Below are positions 37,467-50,454 of a stretch of DNA of 64,000 nucleotides, piece after piece. The position numbers and the translations under genes were made by a program. The stretch's first letter is position 1, and each line of letters opens with the position of its first letter. A model generated the notes under the pieces. The model saw only the letters and a list, made by a program, of their open reading frames with translations, was not told the DNA's origin and ran no database searches. The stretch is from Nemertoderma westbladi (Eukaryota > Animalia > Xenacoelomorpha), in the NCBI GenBank assembly GCA_032718475.1, contig JAUCBJ010004016.1:1-64000 (forward strand), read 5' to 3'.

Positions 37467-40274
37467 GGGTCAGTCCATATCAAAACGACCAATGTTAAAA
37501 ACCACTATGTCTTGGATCAGTCTAATTTTTGGAGAGATTGATAATGGGTTTAAGATATGAAGAACAAAAAAAACATTTCTCAGAAATATTGAGTAGAAGT
37601 CAAGATATGACTATTTGAAAAATTCAAGTTTTCGCATGACCGCACACATTCGCGACATTATTTTTTACGCCCTAATTTTAAAAAATCCAATTCAAATTGC
37701 TCTGTCTGGGGTGTAAATTTTGTTATGGGGGTAATTTTCTGTGCTGAATCCGAAAATGTCATCAAAAATTTGAATTTTTAATGTTTTCTTGTGATATATT
37801 TTAAATTTCATTTTGTCCGCGACTGAAAAATTAAGGGTTTTCAGGGACATAAAAACATGTGTGGCACTGTCACTTAGGTGATGAAACTTTGTATGCTAAA
37901 CCACAACACTATTGTATTCGAAATTCTAAAACAAAATCTTGACAACTTCATTATAATATTTGTGTTCAAATATTTGTCTAAAAAAGTAACCGGGCGGTTA
38001 AATATGAAATGGTGATATCAACTGTAATAAGAAAAAAATAAAATATGAGCTGTATTAATCTGTGCTAGCAATTACAGTTGGATCAAATTAATAAATAAGA
38101 AAAAAATAGGTACAAAATAGGCAAAAAAATAACTTGGTTTCTCCAAATTTTGCGAACTACGACCAAAGTGGTGTATTACAGTTTCAGATTATGGAGCACA
38201 CAGTACCTGTGTTTGCCAAATACATCAGAACATGAAACTGGTGTGTGAAGCACTTCCTTCCAATGTTTCGTATAAGGATTGTTTCAATAAAGCTGTTTGC
38301 GAACTAGACAATCGAGACTGTATGCTTCACAAATTCCAAAATTGCCCGGGTCTCCCTTCCCTTGTTTCTGCTCTTGAGCATGTATTTTCTGATAATGACA
38401 TTGAATTGGATTCAGAAATTAAATATAGACAATGGACCTCTAACTCTGAACTTGTTGTCAAGCTAAGCACTGTTGATGAGTTTATTGATTTTGCTTCTAA
38501 GCTAATTTATAATGCTTTGCCACATTCATTCATATCTAAAATGCAATCAGAAAGGCTTTCAAAGTTAAAAGAAGAACTATCATCCTCAGACTGCATAATC
38601 CTCTTAGACTTTGCTGAGAATTACAGTTTTGTTTGTCAAGATGCTGTCCAAGGGTATCACTGGGACAACACAGGCAACAGTTCATCCTTTTGTTGTTTAC
38701 CTTAAAGATCCAAGTTCAACAAAATTGGTGTCCTACAGTTATTGTGTAAATAGTGATGAGTGAGATCATGGAGTAGGCACTGTACATACATTTCTAAGCA
38801 CATTAATGCGCCATATAAAGAATCAGTTTCCCCAAATTCAAGGTACAGTTCATTACTTTTCTGATGGTTCTTCGCAACAGTATAAGAATTGTAAAAACTT
38901 TACAAACCTTTGTATGCACCAAGCAGACTTTGCTATAGAAGCTGAGTGGAATTTTTTTGCCACATCCCATGGGAAAAGTACTTGTGATGGCATAGGAGGA
39001 ACCACCAAAAGGTTGGTTGCCAGGGCTAGTTTGCAGGCAACAAGTGATAGTCAGATATTAACTCCAGCAGATATGTTTAAATGGTTAAACACAAATGTCA
39101 AAAATGTCCACTACTTTTATATTTCTAAAGAAGAAGTTGCACAACATACTTCTAAAATAGCTTCATGACTTACTGATGCAGCAACAGTATCTGGCACACG
39201 GAGTCATCATAAATTTGTTCCTATTGCAGGAGATTCGAATCATCTAAAAATGTTTAGAATCTCTGCTGATTCTGACTTCACCATCGTGTCACCTACATCA
39301 TATTTGTCACCATTTTCAGCTGAGGTAGATATAGGAACAGGAAAGTGGGTTTCAGTAATATATGATAAGGCCTGGTACTTAGGAATTGTAGAAGATCATT
39401 CTGACGAATATAATGATATATATGTCACATTCATGCACCAAGCACAACAATCCTCTAAACTAAACTGGAAATGGCCTGCACAGAAGGATGAGTGTTGGGT
39501 TCCAAAATATCATATAATAAAAGGTATTGATGCACCCCTACTAACTAGCATTAATGGTAGAATATACCAAATTCCAAGCGATGAAGTGGAATGAATTGAA
39601 AAAATGGCTTCTCTCAAAAATCGTATTTAAATTAGCTTAAATGGAAGCAATATATCCAACTAGAGTACCTAATGGTCACATTAGGTCTGCCAGAATGTTA
39701 AAGAAGGCAAATCAACTGATAAATTCTTCTCGCGATCCTTCGCGATTACTCAAAAAACGGTATTTTTGATCTGTGATAGAATTTAAAGATGTCATATACC
39801 CAGGAATTTTAATGGTTCAATGAAATAACTATAATGTAGTAACGATACACACCAAGTTTCAGCTTTGTAGTAGCAGTGCCACATTGGTAGTTCTAGGCCT
39901 TTCTTTGGCTATCGCGAAAGAAAAAAAATTGCTGATTACAGCACTTTATCTTTCGAATTTTCCCTTTTTGTGGTCATTTTTGAGATCAGCACCACAAATA
40001 TACCCCATAACCAATTTTTCATGCCTTTAGAGTTCCCTTATAGTCTATTGTGTACTAGAAGACTCCAAAAGTACCAATGCGATAGATGCCGCGAGCGCCC
40101 GAAAACTCTAAATTTCAAATACTGATATCTCAGCTTCTAATGAATATTTTTGACTCATTTTACTTTTAAATTTCATTACATATGTTTATATTCATATGTA
40201 AAAAAATTCAGTCAAACTGGCCATGTTGGGTTTTTCAGATTTACCATTTTGGTCGTTTTCATATGGACTGACGC
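37467..40274 (+). mobile_element. Sola2-type DNA transposon, internally deleted, 4-bp TSD TAGT
   Basis: TIR gggtcagtccatatcaaaacgacca / tggtcgttttcatatggactgacgc. tagt at 37463-37466 and 40275-40278. Inserted within the 19-bp satellite. Confidence 0.85.
38140..39630 (+). pseudogene. Sola2-like DDD transposase pseudogene (fragmented)
   Basis: FCELRPKWC, CVCQIHQN, LLDFAENY..QDAVQGYHW, YFSDGSSQQYKN, WNFFATSHGKSTCDGIGGTTKR. Frameshift near 38670-38705 and several in-frame stops. N-terminus missing. Confidence 0.82.
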
Positions 40275-42110
40275 TAGTACTAGAGTGCTACACTTGTACT
40301 AGAGTGCTACACTAGTACTAGAATGCTACACTAGTGAGTGCTGCACTAGTACTAGAATGCTACACTAGTAGGTGCTACACTAGTACTAGAATGCTACACT
40401 AGTAGGTGCTACACTAGTACTAGAATGCTACACTAGTACTAGAGTGCTACACTAGTATTATAGTGCTACACTTGTACTAGAGTGCTACAGTAGTACTAGA
40501 GAGCTACATTAGTGAGTGCTATACTAGTACTAGGGTGCTACATTAGTGAGTGCTATACTAGTACTATAGTGATACACTAGTATTAGAGTACTACACTAGT
40601 GAGTGCTACCCTAGTATTATAGTGCTACACTTGTACTAGAGTGCTACACTAGTACTAGAATGCTACACTAGTGAGTGCTACACTAGTATTAAATTGCTAC
40701 ACTAGTGAGTGCTACACTAGTACTAGAGAGCTACATTAGTGAGTGCTACCCTAGTATTATAGTGCTACACTTGTACTAGAGTGCTACACTAGTACTAGAA
40801 TGCTACACTAGTGAGTGCTACACTAGTATTAAATTGCTACACTAGTGAGTGCTACACTAGTACTAGAGTGCTACACTAGTATTAGAGTACTACACTAGTG
40901 AGTGCTACCCTAGTATTATAGTGCTACACTAGTACTAGAGTGCTACAGCAGTACTATAGTGCTACACTAGTATTATAGTGTTATACTAGTGAGTGCTAAA
41001 CTAGTATTAGAGTGCTACACTAATATTAGAGTGCTACACTAGTACTAGAGTGCTACACTAGTACTAGAATGCTACACTAGTACTAGAGAGCTACACTAGT
41101 AAGTTATACACTAGTATTAGAGTGCTACACTAATATTAGAGTGCTACACTAGTATTAGAGTGCTACACTAGTACTAGATTGCTACACTAGTAAGTTATAC
41201 ACTAGTATTAGAGTGCTACACTAATATTAGAGTGCTACACTAGTACTAGAGTGCTACACTAGTACTAGAGTGCTACAGTAGTACTAGAGTGCTACACTAG
41301 TACTAGAGTGCTACATTAGTACTAGAGTGCTACAATAATATTAGAATAATACACTAATGAGTGCTACACGAGTATTAGAATGCTACACTAGTAAGTGCTA
41401 CACTAGAATTTGAATGCTACATTAGTACTAGAGTACTACACTAGTAAGTGCAACACTAGTATTAGAGTGCTACACTAGTACTAGAGTGCTACACTAGTAC
41501 TAGAGTGCTACACTAGTACTATATTGCTACACTAGTACTAGAGTTCTACACTAGTACTAGAGTGCTACACTAGTATTAGAGTGCTACACTAGTACTAGAG
41601 TGCTACACTTATTGAGTGCTACACTAGTATTAGAGTGCTACACTAGTACTAGGGTGCTACACTAGTGAGTGCTACACTAGTACTAAGGTGCTACACTAGT
41701 AATAGAGTGCTACAAGTGTACTAGAGTGCTACACTTATTGAGTGCTACACTAGTATTAGAGTGCTACACTAGTACTAGGGTGTTACACTAGTGAGTGCTA
41801 CGCTAGTACTAAGGTGCTAAACTAGTATTAGAGTGCTACAAGAGTACTAGAGTGCTACACTTATTGAGTGCTACACTAGTATTAGAGTGCTGCACTAGTA
41901 CTAGGGTTCTACACTAGTACTAGGGTGCTACACTAGTGAGTGCTACACTAGTACTAGGGTGCTACATTAGTGAGTGCTATACTAGTACTATAGTGATACA
42001 CTAGTATTAGAGTGCTACTCTAGTACTAGAGTGCTGCACTAGTATTAGAGTGCTACTCTAGTACTAGAGTGCTGCACTAGTATTAGAGTGCTATACTTTA
42101 TACTCTACTC
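40275..42110. repeat. Degenerate 19-bp satellite (tagtactagagtgctacac) with 16-bp variants; a few units also at 37380-37466
   Basis: Direct reading. The array continues on both sides of the Sola2 insertion. Confidence 0.92.
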
Positions 42111-42167
42111 TGTACTAGTGTAGCAATCTAGTACTATTGTGTATGCTACACTAGTAGAGAGGTGAGA

Positions 42168-45100
42168 GGTACACTACCTGTACGGTACACTTTGGGTGGA
42201 CTACCTGTACGGTACACTTTGGGTGGACTACCTGTACGGTACACTTTGGGTGGACTACCTGTACGGTACACTTTGGGTGGACTACCTGTACGGTACACTT
42301 TGGGTGGACTACCTGTACGGTACACTTTGGGTGGACTACCTGTACGGTACACTTTGGGTGGACTACCTGTACGGTACACTTTGGGTGGACTACCTGTACG
42401 GTACACTTTGGGTGGACTACCTGTACGGTACACTTTGGGTGGACTACCTGTACGGTACACTTTGGGTGGACTACCTGTACGGTACACTTTGGGTGGACTA
42501 CCTGTACGGTACACTTTGGGTGGACTACCTGTACGGTACACTTTGGGTGGACTACCTGTACGGTACACTTTGGGTGGACTACCTGTACGGTACACTTTGG
42601 GTGGACTACCTGTACGGTACACTTTGGGTGGACTACCTGTGCGGTACACTTTGGGTGGACTACCTGTACGGTACACTTTGGGTGGACTACCTGTACGGTA
42701 CACTTTGGGTGGACTACCTGTACGGTACACTTTGGGTGGACTACCTGTACGGTACACTTTGGGTAGACTACCTGTACGGTACACTTTGGGTGGACTACCT
42801 GTACGGTACACTTTGGGTGGACTACCTGTGCGGTACACTTTGGGTGGACTACCTGTACGGTACACTTTGGGTGGACTACCTGTACGGTACACTTTGGGTG
42901 GACTACCTGTACGGTACACTTTGGGTGGACTACCTGTACGGTACACTTTGGGTGGACTACCTGTACGGTACACTTTGGGTGGACTACCTGTACGGTACAC
43001 TTTGGGTAGACTACCTGTACGGTACACTTTGGGTGGACTACCTGTACGGTACACTTTGGGTGGACTACCTGTGCGGTACACTTTGGGTGGACTACCTGTA
43101 CGGTACACTTTGGGTGGACTACCTGTACGGTACACTTTGGGTGGACTACCTGTACGGTACACTTTGGGTGGACTACCTGTACGGTACACTTTGGGTGGAC
43201 TACCTGTACGGTACACTTTGGGTGGACTACCTGTACGGTACACTTTGGGTGGACTACCTGTGCGGTACACTTTGGGTGGACTACCTGTGCGGTACACTTT
43301 GGGTGGACTACCTGTACGGTACACTTTGGGTGGACTACCTGTACGGTACACTTTGGGTGGACTACCTGTACGGTACACTTTGGGTGGACTACCTGTACGG
43401 TACACTTTGGGTGGACTACCTGTACGGTACACTTTGGGTGGACTACCTGTACGGTACACTTTGGGTGGACTACCTGTACGGTACACTTTGGGTGGACTAC
43501 CTGTACGGTACACTTTGGGTGGACTACCTGTACGGTACACTTTGGGTGGACTACCTGTACGGTACACTTTGGGTGGACTACCTGTACGGTACACTTTGGG
43601 TGGACTACCTGTACGGTACACTTTGGGTGGACTACCTGTACGGTACACTTTGGGTGGACTACCTGTACGGTACACTTTGGGTGGACTACCTGTACGGTAC
43701 ACTTTGGGTGGACTACCTGTACGGTACACTTTGGGTGGACTACCTGTACGGTACACTTTGGGTGGACTACCTGTACGGTACACTTTGGGTGGACTACCTG
43801 TACGGTACACTTTGGGTGGACTACCTGTACGGTACACTTTGGGTGGACTACCTGTACGGTACACTTTGGGTGGACTACCTGTACGGTACACTTTGGGTGG
43901 ACTACCTGTACGGTACACTTTGGGTGGACTACCTGTACGGTACACTTTGGGTGGACTACCTGTACGGTACACTTTGGGTGGACTACCTGTACGGTACACT
44001 TTGGGTGGACTACCTGTACGGTACACTTTGGGTGGACTACCTGTACGGTACACTTTGGGTGGACTACCTGTACGGTACACTTTGGGTGGACTACCTGTAC
44101 GGTACACTTTGGGTGGACTACCTGTACGGTACACTTTGGGTGGACTACCTGTACGGTACACTTTGGGTGGACTACCTGTACGGTACACTTTGGGTGGACT
44201 ACCTGTACGGTACACTTTGGGTGGACTACCTGTACGGTACACTTTGGGTGGACTACCTGTACGGTACACTTTGGGTGGACTACCTGTACGGTACACTTTG
44301 GGTGGACTACCTGTACGGTACACTTTGGGTGGACTACCTGTACGGTACACTTTGGGTGGACTACCTGTACGGTACACTTTGGGTGGACTACCTGTACGGT
44401 ACACTTTGGGTGGACTACCTGTACGGTACACTTTGGGTGGACTACCTGTACGGTACACTTTGGGTGGACTACCTGTACGGTACACTTTGGGTGGACTACC
44501 TGTACGGTACACTTTGGGTGGACTACCTGTACGGTACACTTTGGGTGGACTACCTGTACGGTACACTTTGGGTGGACTACCTGTACGGTACACTTTGGGT
44601 GGACTACCTGTACGGTACACTTTGGGTGGACTACCTGTACGGTACACTTTGGGTGGACTACCTGTACGGTACACTTTGGGTGGACTACCTGTACGGTACA
44701 CTTTGGGTGGACTACCTGTACGGTACACTTTGGGTGGACTACCTGTACGGTACACTTTGGGTGGACTACCTGTACGGTACACTTTGGGTGGACTACCTGT
44801 ACGGTACACTTTGGGTGGACTACCTGTACGGTACACTTTGGGTGGACTACCTGTACGGTACACTTTGGGTGGACTACCTGTACGGTACACTTTGGGTGGA
44901 CTACCTGTACGGTACACTTTGGGTGGACTACCTGTACGGTACACTTTGGGTGGACTACCTGTACGGTACACTTTGGGTGGACTACCTGTACGGTACACTT
45001 TGGGTGGACTACCTGTACGGTACACTTTGGGTGGACTACCTGTACGGTACACTTTGGGTGGACTACCTGTACGGTACACTTTGGGTGGACTACCTGTACG

Positions 45101-45811
45101 GTACACTTTGGGTGGACTACCTGTACGGTACACTTTGGGTGGACTACCTGTACGGTACACTTTGGGTGGACTACCTGTACGGTACACTTTGGGTGGACTA
45201 CCTGTACGGTACACTTTGGGTGGACTACCTGTACGGTACACTTTGGGTGGACTACCTGTACGGTACACTTTGGGTGGACTACCTGTACGGTACACTTTGG
45301 GTGGACTACCTGTACGGTACACTTTGGGTGGACTACCTGTACGGTACACTTTGGGTGGACTACCTGTACGGTACACTTTGGGTGGACTACCTGTACGGTA
45401 CACTTTGGGTGGACTACCTGTACGGTACACTTTGGGTGGACTACCTGTACGGTACACTTTGGGTGGACTACCTGTACGGTACACTTTGGGTGGACTACCT
45501 GTACGGTACACTTTGGGTGGACTACCTGTACGGTACACTTTGGGTGGACTACCTGTACGGTACACTACCTGTGCGGTACACTTTGGGTGGACTACCTGTA
45601 CGCTACACTTTGGGTGGACTACCTGTACGGTACACTTTGGGTGGACTACCTGTACGGTACACTTTGGGTGGACTACCTGTACGGTACACTTTGGGTGGAC
45701 TACCTGTACGGTACACTTTGGGTGGACTACCTGTACGGTACACTTTGGGTGGACTACCTGTACGGTACACTTTGGGTGGACTACCTGTACGGTACACTTT
45801 GGGTGGACTAC
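42168..45811. repeat. Highly homogeneous 27-bp satellite (ggtacactttgggtggactacctgtac), ~135 copies
   Basis: Direct reading. No spacers. The unit length is divisible by 3, giving artefactual >1100-aa ORFs. Confidence 0.97.
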
Positions 45812-46221
45812 ATGATTTTTCTGAATTTTAATTGTTAACGAAATTAAAATAAGTAATAAGTAATTATAATAAAGTAAAATACCAAATTATTAAATTGAAA
45901 TTTATAAATTTTACTTTTTTTACGCAACTGATAATATTCCAAAATTGTACAGTATATTATTCGCTATAGGACGATTACAATCCCAGAATTCAGAGTTTTA
46001 GATATTTCTAATGTAATCGACATTTATAAGTCAAGTAGAATAATCTCTTTAAATATATATTCGATTCTATTTTTTGAAGTTGCAGCAAATGGATAACATA
46101 ATCGATTTATAATATAATTAGTTAAACGATAAATAGTTTTTGTTTGTGCTGTATCTAATGTATAAAGTGTTTGTAACTGTAAAATATTATATCCGAGGAT
46201 AACATTTCAGGCCGATACGCA

Positions 46222-46800
46222 ATGGCGGAAACACACGGTAGAAAACGAAGTTCTGTAGCTCGGATGAGTGTGGCAAGTGGTCCCATGGGGGGTCACGGTC
46301 TCGGTATAAAGGGTATCCTAGCAACAAAGAGACTCGCGAGAAACATGCGAATGAAACGCGAGGGCGTCTGGGCGAAGGGAAGTTTCAGAGAGAGCGTAAC
46401 GAGCACGTTACCTGGGAAACGAGACCCAGCTCCTGAGATAATCTACGAACCAACATATAGGATGACGACAGATCGTCATTTTAGTCAATTCACCGGTAAA
46501 GTCGAAAGGATAGCCTATGACGTCATGGAAAAGTATCTACAGGATGTTAAGTACGATCCTATTGTATGCGCGAAACTTAGCTGCGAAATTAGTGACGTCA
46601 TTAAAGCTGATGTAAAGAAGCTGGAATTGGATCGATATAAGATTGTTGTTCTTACTCATATTGGTCAGCTGAAGGGTCAGGGTGTACGCACCTCTAGTAG
46701 GTGTGTCTGGGACCCCAGCATGGACAGTTACTCCAGCGCCACCTACCAGAATCGTACTTTATTCTCGAATACTGTTGTGTTTGGTGTCTACAGAGATTAA
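46222..46800 (+). CDS. Tctex1-domain dynein light chain (TCTEX1D1/DYNLT5-like), paralogue 1, intronless CDS
   Basis: EPTYRM...YLQDVKYDP...ISDVIKADVKKLELDRYKIVVLTHIGQLKGQGVRTSSRCVWDPSMDSYSSATYQNRTLFSNTVVFGVY, a Tctex-1 domain with N-terminal extension. Confidence 0.9.
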   Translation: MAETHGRKRSSVARMSVASGPMGGHGLGIKGILATKRLARNMRMKREGVWAKGSFRESVTSTLPGKRDPAPEIIYEPTYRMTTDRHFSQFTGKVERIAYDVMEKYLQDVKYDPIVCAKLSCEISDVIKADVKKLELDRYKIVVLTHIGQLKGQGVRTSSRCVWDPSMDSYSSATYQNRTLFSNTVVFGVYRD

Positions 46801-47515
46801 ACTGATTAGTTAAACCAAATGTATATCAAACAAAATCTGGTACACAATTATTGTATATAATTGAATAAATATTTTGTAACTTAATGTTTATTTATTAAGT
46901 GTTTGTTTCTCCGGGTAGCAGTGCGATTGCGTTTTATTTGTACTGTTCGCAGTTCGCAGAGACTGAAATACTTAACATCTAAAATTTGTTTCCAGGACGA
47001 AGGTCCGAATGGGACGAAAGTCCGAAAAATTAAGACGAAGGTCCGAAACAGCATTAGGCTAAGATAATATTTACTAAGTGTCCAAGTAAATTTATTTTAA
47101 AATATTTTTTTTTTAACACCTCTTCAACATTTTTTTTTAATTATAGTAACAGGAGCACACATGCCGTATATAATTACACATCATACGCCTCCCTCGGTCT
47201 TTAATATTCATGCGAACATGTATGTGTCTCTTGGTCACAATCTCAACGATCCCACCACATTCCCGATTAACGGTTATTAGCCAATTAACAACTGAAATCC
47301 TGCCAATTGTAGTTAATAGATCCTCTACTTTCTTCTTTGCTCAGCAATTTCGGTTGTATTGGTGTATTATTTACGTTAATATGTTTCCCATTGAGCCGAA
47401 ATTCAAGAATTGGCCAATGGCCATCCTGACACTATTATTATACTGAACAACTTTGTTCTTACGATTGTGGAATTCATAATAAATAGGAGTGACAGGAATA
47501 AATTACATCACTTCA

Positions 47516-47748
47516 GGCCCGTTCACATCCAACGGAACGGTACACCGCGTGGTGTACCGCAGCCCATTTAAACAATGTTAAAACAATTAATGTAATTTCC
47601 TGTTGAATTCAAAGTCGACAGATAGACAATCAGTTACCGCAACGGTACCGTTGGGTGTGAACGGGCTCCGGGTAGTGTACCGCTGGCTTACCGTTTCAAT
47701 ACCGCCAGACTACTTTACCGCTAAGGCACGGTTGGATGTGAACGGGGC
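47516..47748. mobile_element. PIF/Harbinger-like MITE
   Basis: TIR ggcccgttcacatccaac / gttggatgtgaacggggc. 3-bp flanks tca/tta. Confidence 0.75.
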
Positions 47749-48589
47749 TTAGGATGAGAAATCGGGACTGTGACTGATGAAATGCGATACCGCACTAACT
47801 GTTTGTTTCCGTATAATATAGATTTGAGAGACTAAAAGCGATTTAAAAGTAATAGTATCTGAGTTGTAGATCAAGTTATATATGACGCTAATATCGTTGG
47901 CTAATAAGAGAGTTTACTACATCATGTTCACATTTGTTACATCATGTTACAATTGACATGACGGTGTGAGAAAGATTTCCACTCGTCCTTTTCATTCGGA
48001 TCTTCGCCATGGGATGATAAACCACTAATGTTTGTCGCCTTTTGCCCATACAAACCTTGTCCTCTATAATGTACATACAGTTCTTGGCCGTAGACGAAGG
48101 CCCCACATACCCAGGACGAAATATTGAGCTCATGATGGCCACTTTCGGACCTTCGTCTCATGTATTCTGTGAATTTAGAGAGATAGGACATATACTTCCA
48201 AATTCGTACTATCTAGAGGCAATCACTAAGAAAGCGACACAAACTAATAAGTTTGTCTCATATTATTTATTAACTAACATAACACTAATATTGTTTCAAC
48301 ATTTAACACAATGTTGGCCATCTTTATTGTATAAGGATTATTTTTGCTCATTTAATTACTAAAGTTACTTGTTATTTGCCAAGTTAGACAAACGGGTGAG
48401 CCATCAATATCTGTATTTAGGGCACCCATTGCGTGTGGTGTACAAGGGGGGTAGCTAAGCAACATTACCAACAGTATTCAACGTACTTAGCCTAACTAAT
48501 AAGTGTCAATAAACCACGGGAGACAATTTATTTATTTTCTGTTTCTAATTTTCTTTTTAGTTTTTTCCCATTAAAAAAGTCGTATAAAA

Positions 48590-49150
48590 ATGAGTGACAT
48601 GGAAGGAAGGAAGAAAAGCAGGGCCAGAAGCACAGTGGCCAGTGGTTTGGGTATTAAGAGCGTTCTTTCTACCAAAAGGCTCGCACGCAATCTCCGAATG
48701 AAACGCGAGACGGTGTGGATGAGAGGAAGTTTCAGAGACACTCAAGGGGGCGCTATGATGCCGGGGAAACGGGACCCCGCTCCCGAGATTATCTTCGAGC
48801 CTACCTATAGGTTGACAGCGGAGCGACAATTCAGTCAGTTTACCGGGAAAACCCAACGATTAGCCTATGACGTCATGGAAAAGTATCTACAAGATGTTAA
48901 GTACGATCCTAATGTATGCGCGAAACTTAGCTGCGAAATTAGTGACGTCATTAAAGCTGATGTAAAGAAGCTGGAATTGGATCGATATAAGATTGTTGTT
49001 CTCACTCATATTGGTCAGCTGAAGGGTCAGGGTGTACGCACCTCTAGTAGGTGTGTCTGGGACCCCAGCATGGACAGTTACTCCAGCGCCACCTACAGTA
49101 ACTCTTCATTATTTGCTAATACTGTTGTATTTGGTGTCTATCGTGAATAA
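48590..49150 (+). CDS. Tctex1-domain dynein light chain (TCTEX1D1/DYNLT5-like), paralogue 2, intronless CDS
   Basis: Same domain as 46222-46800, intact ORF of 186 aa. Confidence 0.9.
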   Translation: MSDMEGRKKSRARSTVASGLGIKSVLSTKRLARNLRMKRETVWMRGSFRDTQGGAMMPGKRDPAPEIIFEPTYRLTAERQFSQFTGKTQRLAYDVMEKYLQDVKYDPNVCAKLSCEISDVIKADVKKLELDRYKIVVLTHIGQLKGQGVRTSSRCVWDPSMDSYSSATYSNSSLFANTVVFGVYRE

Positions 49151-49416
49151 ACTATTTAGAAGCTCTGTACTTGAAATATCGATTTAATATTGCATTTTCT
49201 ATCATCCCACCTCTATAAATAAATTGAATGAATTTTTTGTTGAATTATTATTTTTTCATCTTGAGGTTTCAGGCAAGTAGTATTGTTCAGTGCTGTATTG
49301 CACTTAAAGTATGTTATAAAATCTGAAAAGTGTGGAATTATGAGAAAATTAATGGTGTATTTATGGGACAGTAAGGTAAGCGTTTCACACCTACACTAAC
49401 TGTATTTTGGTGTATG

Positions 49417-49925
49417 CGAAGAATACCATGATTTCACTTTTCGATCGACTTTTTATTGGAATTTTATATATGAAGATTTCTTATTTCTTTCTTATAACCT
49501 GTACAATACTAATTCGTTTATTGTTTTGGTTAGATTCAGTCCTTCTGTAACCTGTGTTTTTGGTGAAAACCTGGTATTTTTCACATGGGTAAAAGTAACA
49601 GTAAAGTAAAAGTAAATTTTCTTCGGCCGCTAGGCCAGGGATTACGCACAAAGTTTGACGATTTATTTCCAGTGCGGTCCCCCCAGAACTTTACTCCCCA
49701 GAGGAAATTCCAGTACTCATTTAGCTACCACTTAAGGATGCAAGGGAGAGATGCGCCCTGGCTGGTCCCTTTAAAGCATTCGTGCCGAAACAAAAACTGC
49801 CCTGACCCATGTGAGGATCGAACCCACGACCTACGGGAGATGTGAATTCAATGCGACCACTACACCAAGGGGTAACTGCAAAGTGAAATATAACGCCATA
49901 AAGTCTGGTATTCTTCAAATGGGCC
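49417..49925. mobile_element. Harbinger-like MITE copy (left end eroded) interrupted by a SINE
   Basis: gaagaataccatgatttcacttttcg...ctggtattcttcaaatgggcc aligns to 57380-57655 apart from the 49593-49869 insert. Confidence 0.75.
49593..49869 (-). mobile_element. tRNA-derived SINE (~280 bp)
   Basis: Minus strand: A box tggtgtagtgg, B box ggttcgatcc, 3' tail of (tttac)-like repeats. TSD ~gggtaa. The empty site is visible in the MITE copy at 57595-57610. Confidence 0.82.
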
Positions 49926-50454
49926 GTATTTTATTAAGAATTAAGATACAGAAAAAGTTTAACGTACAGTAATGTACGTACATGTATGCTGGGCCTACGT
50001 TTTGACTTATGATCATTATTCCTGTAATTAAATTTGTTCTAGAACATTCATCTAACTGTCACTTGTAATTGACCAGGCATATCGTCAAATATTGTGATTA
50101 TTTGTTTACAAGATGACTACTACTGTAACTCAAATAAATTAAATATAAAAAAACTAATTAAATTAAACTAAATTATTGCAACCTTGTTTCGTTGATTCCC
50201 CGTACTTAGTTCCAATTTTGGCGAACGTAGTTCCAATGGATGCGAACTTAGTTCCAATGGATGCGAACTTAGTTCCAATGGATGCGAACTTAGTTCCAAT
50301 GGATGCGAAATTAGTTCCAATGGATGCGAACTTAGTTCCAATGGATGCAAACTTAGTTCCAATGGAAGCGAATTTAGTTCCAATGGAAGCGAATTTAGTT
50401 CCAATGTATCAGGTTTGGGGCGAGCCATGTAGTTAGCGAAGAATCTGTTTAAAA

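Noticed and set aside
42146-45838. 1100-1200-aa repetitive ORFs (YRTGSPPKV, LPVRYTLGG, DYLYGTLWV) or a CRISPR-like array
   Set aside because: Perfect 27-bp tandem unit with no spacers, no cas genes, no synonymous variation, no unique N- or C-terminal domains, and open on both strands: a satellite artefact.
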